Shown here in pieces: positions 58,632-64,000 of a DNA stretch of 64,000 bases; position 1 is the first letter of the stretch, and every line of letters begins with the position of its first letter. A program made the translations under genes and the position numbers. The notes under the pieces were generated by a model. That model was not told the origin of the DNA, did no database searches, and saw only the letters and a list, made by a program, of their open reading frames with translations. This DNA comes from Patescibacteria group bacterium UBA6241 (lineage in GTDB: Bacteria; Patescibacteriota; Minisyncoccia; Phycocordibacterales; Phycocordibacteraceae), in NCBI GenBank assembly GCA_002441425.1, contig DJWB01000001.1:298712-362711 (forward strand), in the 5' to 3' direction.

Positions 58632-59576
58632 CTAGGCACGAGTGCGAGCAGTGTCTAGGAGTTTCTGTACTGCTTCAGTAACAATAGGGAGCATATCGTC
58701 ATAAAAGTTAAGATCCAGGATGTCTGTGAGTCTGAACCAGCGCGCATCGTCCAGTCCTCCCTTCTTTTCTAGCTTGATCTCCTCATATTCAGACTCTGCG
58801 AGGAAATAGGATACATGCTTGCGCATCTTTCCGTGTTCAGGATGTGAAGCAATGTACTCATTCTCTCCAATCTTGCTGCGTATGGTTACATCAAGACCGA
58901 GTTCCTCTTTAATTTCTCTAACGGTTCCCTCCTCAACATTCTCTCCTTCCTCAATCTTTCCCTTAGAAAGGGTCCAGTGCCCAAAGACATCGTGTACGAG
59001 TGCAAGATAGTACTGGCCTTCATGATGCGCATACACAATAGCGCCTCCAAGCTGCTGCAAGGGCAGGTCTTCCCTACGTACTCGTTCTTTCTTTCCTGTC
59101 TCTTCCTTCCCTGGCTCTCCGAGTTCTTTGTACACGGCTCCAAGTACTCCGTTTACAAAACGCCCTGAGGAATCTCCTCCAAATACTTTGGCAAGTTCAA
59201 TTGCTTCGTTAATAGCAACCTTTGCAGGAACCTGAGAACGATCTGAGAACAGAAGCTCATACAAACCAATACGAAGAATGTTTCTATCAACAGGAGCAAT
59301 ACGGTCTAGCGGCCAATCTGGTGCAGCCTTTGTTATTACCAAATCAAGATCAGGGCGTTTTGCGAGCACTCCCTGAAGGAGCAGTTCCATAAATGGCTTG
59401 TCCGTATCATCTCCTCCAAACTCTTCAACGTTTCTCTGAAGCGCAGTCTCTGCCTCCTCAATAGACGCATTAGACGTGTCCCACTCAAAGAGGGTTTGCA
59501 GAACAACGGAACGAGCAAGATGCCGATTAGCCATAATGAAAAGAGCGTTATAGACAGGATACCCTAAAAACAACAC
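58632..59576 (-). CDS. nusB: NusB antitermination factor fused to C-terminal NUDIX hydrolase (likely start at internal Met, coordinate 59534)
   Basis: NusB: 'ARSVVLQTLFEWD...INEAIELAKVFGGDSSGRFVNGVLGAV'. Nudix box 'GKIEEGENVEEGTVREIKEELGL' (GX5EX7REUXEEXGU) in the C-terminal ~150 aa. Confidence 0.7.
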   Translation of the reverse strand: MLFLGYPVYNALFIMANRHLARSVVLQTLFEWDTSNASIEEAETALQRNVEEFGGDDTDKPFMELLLQGVLAKRPDLDLVITKAAPDWPLDRIAPVDRNILRIGLYELLFSDRSQVPAKVAINEAIELAKVFGGDSSGRFVNGVLGAVYKELGEPGKEETGKKERVRREDLPLQQLGGAIVYAHHEGQYYLALVHDVFGHWTLSKGKIEEGENVEEGTVREIKEELGLDVTIRSKIGENEYIASHPEHGKMRKHVSYFLAESEYEEIKLEKKGGLDDARWFRLTDILDLNFYDDMLPIVTEAVQKLLDTARTRA

Positions 59577-59600
59577 TACGCGCCAGGGGCGCGTAGTGTG
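59563..59600 (-). terminator. Rho-independent terminator downstream of rpmF
   Basis: Minus-strand RNA ACACUACGCGCC-ccu-GGCGCGUAGUGU followed by UGUUUUU. Confidence 0.6.
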
Positions 59601-59624
59601 TATAAGTATTTTGAGTTGCTTGGT

Positions 59625-59966
59625 TTACGCTCCTCCTCCAAATCCTGAACGTGTGTTTGAACGAGCCTTCGTTACCTTTCCAAGGAGAGATGGTTTCTTC
59701 TGCTCCTTCTTTGTACCCTCTGGAGTAGTGTCTGCAATCTCAACTGCAGAGCGCTCTGCACGTCCTTCCTTCTTACCCTTCTTCTCAGCCTTCACCTTAG
59801 GAGTGATGATCTGCTTGCCACGGTACATACCAGTAGCCTCATCAATACGGTGAGGCTGGCGTACATTTCCTGACTCCTTATCAACAACAAGAGCCCCGTC
59901 CGTAAGCGCATGGTGGCTTCGGCGGTTGCGGGTATGAGAACGGGTGTGGCGCATTCGTACAGACAT
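59625..59966 (-). CDS. rpmF: 50S ribosomal protein L32 (non-zinc form) with Lys-rich C-terminal extension
   Basis: 'MSVRMRHTRSHTRNRRSHHALT' matches the L32 N-terminus. No Cys pairs. The extension is a Lys/Glu-rich tail. Confidence 0.7.
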   Translation of the reverse strand: MSVRMRHTRSHTRNRRSHHALTDGALVVDKESGNVRQPHRIDEATGMYRGKQIITPKVKAEKKGKKEGRAERSAVEIADTTPEGTKKEQKKPSLLGKVTKARSNTRSGFGGGA

Positions 59967-60022
59967 AGTGGGCACACCATACCACAGCCTGGTTTCTTGC
60001 GGAAGGGGCTACCCACCTACTC

Positions 60023-60598
60023 CTATAAATGTATGAATGTAGAGCGGTGTTCTGGGGAAAGCCCATGAATACGAAGTGCCTCATAGTGCGCTTTGGTCCC
60101 ATATCCCTTATGCGTTTCAAGCCCATACTGCGGGTATTCCAATGCTTTCTTTTTCATGAGCCGGTCCCTGGTTACTTTAGCTGCAACTGAGGCAAGCATG
60201 ATTACAGGAATACTCCCGTCTCCCCCAATTACGGTTTCCTGCTCATATTCTTTGGGTGCATGGAGAGACCCGTCCAAAAAGACCTTTCCTTTCGTAGGGT
60301 CTGGGAGGAGTTTTTGCACTCCACGCGAAAGCGCATGACGCACTGCAAACGCAATTCCCTGCTCGTCAATTATCTTTGCTGAAGACAGACACACGGTTGC
60401 CGAGATGTTTCCTTTGCGGATTTCTTCTTGAAGAAGAAGAAAGAGCGCTTCCCTTTTCTTCTCTGAAAGTTTCTTTGAATCATTAAGCCCTGGGAAGATA
60501 TCCAGAATTGGATACTGCTCAGGTATACACACTACTCCAACCGCTACGGGCCCTGCGACGGGGCCGCGGCCCGCTTCATCAACACCAACTACCAACAT
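60023..60598 (-). CDS. rnhB: Ribonuclease HII
   Basis: 'VGVDEAGRGPVAGPV' active-site motif, 'DDSKKL', and 'YPQYGLETHKGYGT'. Confidence 0.85.
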   Translation of the reverse strand: MLVVGVDEAGRGPVAGPVAVGVVCIPEQYPILDIFPGLNDSKKLSEKKREALFLLLQEEIRKGNISATVCLSSAKIIDEQGIAFAVRHALSRGVQKLLPDPTKGKVFLDGSLHAPKEYEQETVIGGDGSIPVIMLASVAAKVTRDRLMKKKALEYPQYGLETHKGYGTKAHYEALRIHGLSPEHRSTFIHL

Positions 60599-61083
60599 GT
60601 TGCACCGGGCGTATATACCGCGTATGAGTTCTCTGAAGTCCCACATCCCCCTGCAGGATATCGAGCAAATGCAGCGCCAGGCGCTACACTGCCACCCTCC
60701 ACTGTTCCATACGCAAGCACTTTATAGTCCACACCGTTAGAAGTGTAGAGATAGCAATAACTTGGAAGAACTGGTTTTGGATCTTTCGGCATACTAGATA
60801 TGTAATTCGGTACGAGACCAGGGATAGCAGTATTACCATCTGAACCCGTGCTGTAGCAATTGGGCGTCGTGCCCCTCCAGTTTGTTTGAACTGGATAAGA
60901 ATTATTGCTGCTGTAATACAGTTCAAGCGCAGTACGGATTTGTTGCAGGTCTGCAACACGGCGAGTGTTATTTGCTTTTGCGCGCGCAGTGCTCAAACTT
61001 GCGAGCACCACCGAAGACAGAAGGCCTATGATGGCGATAACGACGAGGAGTTCTATGAGGGTAAAACCACGTTTATCCTCCAT
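60589..61083 (-). CDS. Type IV pilin / pseudopilin (prepilin N-terminal methylation domain)
   Basis: Leader 'MEDKR' then 'GFTLIELLVVIAIIGLLSS', with the Glu at position +5 relative to the cleavage site. Confidence 0.85.
   Translation of the reverse strand: MEDKRGFTLIELLVVIAIIGLLSSVVLASLSTARAKANNTRRVADLQQIRTALELYYSSNNSYPVQTNWRGTTPNCYSTGSDGNTAIPGLVPNYISSMPKDPKPVLPSYCYLYTSNGVDYKVLAYGTVEGGSVAPGAAFARYPAGGCGTSENSYAVYTPGATCW
60989..61066. repeat. 78-bp near-identical segment shared by the two pilin genes (copy 1)
   Basis: GTGCTCAAACTTGCGAGCACCACCGAAGACAGAAGGCCTATGATGGCGATAACGACGAGGAGTTCTATGAGGGTAAA has one mismatch to 61735..61812. Confidence 0.85.
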
Positions 61084-61327
61084 AGGGAACTGCCGGATTC
61101 ATTGGCACTACCTGTGGCGGGGGTCTGTCCACACCACCCGTCATTAACGGAATAGCAATAGCGAGCACTGCTGCAATAATTGCGACGCTTATGAGCACTA
61201 TCTCGGCTCCTTTCTGATCCTTAGCGAGTCCCCAACGAATCACTAATTTAACGAGCGCGGGCTGTTGAGTTGCAAGTGGAGCCGCGCGTACCGACGTATT
61301 CTCTTCGTCAAATGAAATGTCGCTCAT
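61073..61327 (-). CDS. Small membrane protein between the two pilin genes
   Basis: 84-aa ORF with one TM helix (EIVLISVAIIAAVLAIAIPLM). Weak start context. Confidence 0.3.
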   Translation of the reverse strand: MSDISFDEENTSVRAAPLATQQPALVKLVIRWGLAKDQKGAEIVLISVAIIAAVLAIAIPLMTGGVDRPPPQVVPMNPAVPYGG

Positions 61328-61346
61328 ATAACTATAAATATAGCAC

Positions 61347-61838
61347 CTACTCCCAAACGCCAGTTGAAGAATTGTACATGGTGCAGCTGAAATCTTTTGA
61401 ACCGCGGCATAACCCTGGCGTAGAGGCAGAGGAACAATAGCTTGAGGGCCATTGAGGATAGTAGCCGCAGTACATTCTATTTCCGTTATATGTACTGATG
61501 ACATAAATCATGTTCTGGTCCCCACCCACCCACACAGTCTGAGACCAGACCCATCCATTAGGAGCCTTCGGCCACATACCGTAACTAGAGCCGAGCGTGC
61601 AGAGCGCGTTCGTGGGAACGGTTGTGGAGTTCGGCGCAACCACTTTTCCACCCGCAATATCACATGCGAGGATGCTCGTAAGAAGACCCTTCCCGCTAGA
61701 AAGTGCAGCAGTATTCATAGCCCTAGTTCTTGCCGTGCTCAAGCTTGCGAGCACCACCGAAGACAGAAGGCCTATGATGGCGATAACGACGAGGAGTTCT
61801 ATGAGGGTAAACCCTCGTATAGTTGACTCACTTTGCAT
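61347..61838 (-). CDS. Type IV pilin paralog
   Basis: Leader 'MQSESTIR' then 'GFTLIELLVVIAIIGLLSS'. The Cys-rich C-terminal domain is unrelated to pilin 1. Confidence 0.8.
   Translation of the reverse strand: MQSESTIRGFTLIELLVVIAIIGLLSSVVLASLSTARTRAMNTAALSSGKGLLTSILACDIAGGKVVAPNSTTVPTNALCTLGSSYGMWPKAPNGWVWSQTVWVGGDQNMIYVISTYNGNRMYCGYYPQWPSSYCSSASTPGLCRGSKDFSCTMYNSSTGVWE
61735..61812. repeat. 78-bp near-identical segment shared by the two pilin genes (copy 2)
   Basis: Same sequence as 60989..61066. Encodes the prepilin N-terminal helix. Confidence 0.85.
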
Positions 61839-61898
61839 ATATATATGATACCTTACTCTCCCCTGTATTGAGCTCTCTGAAACAGATATACTGTCTAT

Positions 61899-64000
61899 AT
61901 GGGACGCTACGTACATCTCCACACGCACAGCCATTACAGCTTCTTGCAGGCGCTTCCAAAGATAAAAGAGCTCGTCCAGGAGGCTAAGAAACAAGGCATG
62001 TCAGCCCTTGGACTTACTGATGCGGGAAATATGCACGGTGCAATTTCTTTCTACCAGGCTGCTACCAAAGCAGACATTAAGCCAATTATTGGCGTAGACG
62101 CATACCTCGCGCCTCATTCTCGTTTTGATAAGGAGCGGCTTGATACAACTCGTACTCGCGTAGTCTTACTTGCTGAAAATAATGCAGGATACCAGAACCT
62201 TATGGCTCTTGTATCTAAATCCTTCTTGGAAGGCTTCTTGGAGCGTCCACGCATGGACAAGGAACTTCTGCGAGAGCATCGCGAAGGACTTATTGCCATC
62301 CTGCCTTCCTTTGCAGGCGATGTAGCAACTGCATTCAAGGCTGGCGACCAAGACGGCGCTGCTGCAGTACTCGCTGAATACGTAAGCATCTTTGGGAAAG
62401 ACAATGTATTCCTTGAGGTTACACACCATCCAAAAGTTGAGGGCCACACAGAGCGCATGCGACTCATCCAAGCACTTGGAGAAAAAGAAGGAGTACGTTT
62501 GGTTGCGCAGCATGATGTGTACTATCTAAAACCTGAAGACCGAGAAGCAACTGAAGTACTGCGTCGTATTGGACAAGGAGAGCGCGGAAGAAATGAGGAA
62601 GAGGACTTCTCTTTTGTTACAGAAGCTCAGATGCGTGAATGGTTCAAAGATATTCCTGAGGCAGTAGATGCTTCAGGAGAAATTGCGGACCGCTGCAGCG
62701 TAACTATGAAGCTTGGAAGTTGGAACTTCCCTCATGTTGAGGTACCTGAAGGCTCAAGCCATGAGGAGGAGCTCCGTAAGAAAACCTATGCGGGACTTTC
62801 CATGCGCGGCATGGAAAAGACGGAAGAAGTTGAAAAGCGTATTGAGTATGAACTTGATGTCATCATCTCTAAGGGCTTCGCCCCTTACTTTCTTGCAGTA
62901 TCTGATCTCCTTACGTTTGCAAAGTCTGCAGGCATTATGTCCACAACTCGTGGTTCAGCAGCCGGATCACTCGTATCGTATTTATGCGGTATCACCAACG
63001 TAGACCCGTTGTTCTACAAACTCCCTTTTGAACGCTTCCTAAACCCTGAGCGCCCGAAAGCACCGGATATTGATATGGACTTCGCTGACAATCGTCGTGA
63101 CGAGATGATTGCGTATGCACGCGAAAAGTATGGAGAGGATAAGGTTGCGCAGATTGGTACATTCGGAACACTCATGGCGCGTGCAGCTGTGCGCGATGTG
63201 TCCCGCGCACTTGGACACGCATATAGAACTGGAGATCGCATCGCAAAACTAATCCCTATGGGAAGCCAGGGTTTCCCCATGACCATCACGCGTGCACTTG
63301 AGCTTGAGCCAGAGCTAAAACAACTCTATGACGAAGACGAAGACGTAAAAGAAATTGTGGACCTTGCAAAGCGTATTGAAGGCTGTGTACGCCACACGGG
63401 AGTGCACGCTGCTGGTGTGGTTATTGCACCAACTCCGCTTCAAGAATGGACTCCGGTGCAGTTTGATCCCAAGCATCCTGAGAAGCGCATCACGCAGTTT
63501 GATATGCATGCAGTTGAAGATGCGGGTCTCCTTAAATTTGATTTCCTAGGTATTAAGAACCTGGCAATTCTCTCAGACGCTGTTGAGCGTGTGCGTGAGA
63601 CGAGAGACACATGGATTGATATTGAGAATGTTCCTATTGATGATCAGAAGACTTTTGCGATGCTCGCCCGCGGAGAAACTGAGGGAACATTCCAGCTAAA
63701 CGGTTCAGGAATGACGCGCTACCTAAAGGAACTGCAGCCAACATCTATCCATGACATTAACGCCATGGTTGCTCTATACCGCCCGGGTCCAATGGAAACT
63801 ATTCCTCAGTATATTGAGCGCAAAAAGAATCCTCGTTTGATTGCGTATCTAGACGAACGCATGAAGGAATACTTGGACGCTTCGTACGGTCTTCTGGTGT
63901 ACCAGGACGACGTGCTTCTTACGGCTATAACCCTTGGAGGATACTCATGGCTTGAAGCTGACATGTTGCGCAAGGCTATGGGAAAGAAAATCCCTGCAGA
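61899..64000 (+). CDS. dnaE: DNA polymerase III alpha subunit, N-terminal part (runs off window end)
   Basis: The open frame from ATG 61899 translates to MGRYVHLHTHSHYSFLQAL... (PHP domain HxHxxxS), then the Pol IIIa fingers 'DIDMDF', 'GVHAAGVVI', 'LLKFDFLG'. It is absent from the supplied ORF track because there is no stop within the window. Confidence 0.85.
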   Translation, partial: MGRYVHLHTHSHYSFLQALPKIKELVQEAKKQGMSALGLTDAGNMHGAISFYQAATKADIKPIIGVDAYLAPHSRFDKERLDTTRTRVVLLAENNAGYQNLMALVSKSFLEGFLERPRMDKELLREHREGLIAILPSFAGDVATAFKAGDQDGAAAVLAEYVSIFGKDNVFLEVTHHPKVEGHTERMRLIQALGEKEGVRLVAQHDVYYLKPEDREATEVLRRIGQGERGRNEEEDFSFVTEAQMREWFKDIPEAVDASGEIADRCSVTMKLGSWNFPHVEVPEGSSHEEELRKKTYAGLSMRGMEKTEEVEKRIEYELDVIISKGFAPYFLAVSDLLTFAKSAGIMSTTRGSAAGSLVSYLCGITNVDPLFYKLPFERFLNPERPKAPDIDMDFADNRRDEMIAYAREKYGEDKVAQIGTFGTLMARAAVRDVSRALGHAYRTGDRIAKLIPMGSQGFPMTITRALELEPELKQLYDEDEDVKEIVDLAKRIEGCVRHTGVHAAGVVIAPTPLQEWTPVQFDPKHPEKRITQFDMHAVEDAGLLKFDFLGIKNLAILSDAVERVRETRDTWIDIENVPIDDQKTFAMLARGETEGTFQLNGSGMTRYLKELQPTSIHDINAMVALYRPGPMETIPQYIERKKNPRLIAYLDERMKEYLDASYGLLVYQDDVLLTAITLGGYSWLEADMLRKAMGKKIPA

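Noticed and set aside
62114-62513. Minus-strand ORFs of 117 aa and 115 aa
   Set aside because: They lie entirely inside the strongly supported plus-strand dnaE reading frame (PHP domain) and have odd composition. The supplied track omitted dnaE only because it lacks a stop in the window.
1-64000. CRISPR arrays, rRNA, tRNA, tmRNA or RNase P RNA
   Set aside because: Scanning intergenic regions by eye found no regular short direct repeats with spacers, no tRNA-like cloverleaf signatures (GTTC...GAACC arms with CCA), and no rRNA-like conserved blocks. All longer intergenic spans are accounted for as leaders or terminators.

Overview
This 64 kb window reads as a bacterial chromosome of about 48-50% GC. 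The gene content (short rpoB, ribosomal proteins with low-complexity tails, several type IV pilins, no rimM in the rpsP-trmD cluster, many cell-wall enzymes) suggests a reduced-genome lineage, possibly CPR/Patescibacteria-like. That placement is inference, not a measurement.

The left end (1..~6100) is an AT-richer defense island. It holds a partial Septu system (PtuA ATPase C-terminus, PtuB HNH nuclease), then an uncharacterised 511-aa protein with a PD-(D/E)xK-like motif and a small ORF. Next is a degraded HTH (controller-like) fragment, followed by a three-gene GATC-type (MboI/DpnII-like) restriction-modification module: a Dam-like methyltransferase, the endonuclease, and a second methyltransferase.

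The rest of the window is mostly housekeeping:
- mgtE with a possible M-box leader, and a yggT/yggU cluster.
- A cell-wall remodelling cluster (M23, VanY/M15, GH18, 3D-domain, NlpC/P60) plus a SET-domain protein.
- nrdAB, an OmpR/HK two-component pair, and an ABC-2 exporter.
- HAD, FAD-oxidase, AOX-like, RRM, prmC and hisS genes.
- A UvrD-nuclease fusion and the dnaG-rpoD and rpoB-rpoC operons.
- The rpsP-KH-trmD cluster, rnr, gdhA, a short SMC-like ATPase, and rnc.
- A NusB-Nudix fusion, rpmF, rnhB, two tandem pilin genes, and the 5' part of dnaE.

The most notable observations are:
1. The uncharacterised 511-aa nuclease-like gene wedged between Septu and the R-M system, which is the best candidate for an undescribed defense component.
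2. Two short islands of about 63-65% GC, each encoding a small polytopic membrane protein inserted into otherwise conserved operons.
3. The NusB-Nudix fusion.
4. A hinge-less short SMC.
5. An AOX-like di-iron protein.
6. RpoD with a histone-H1-like lysine/alanine-rich N-terminus.
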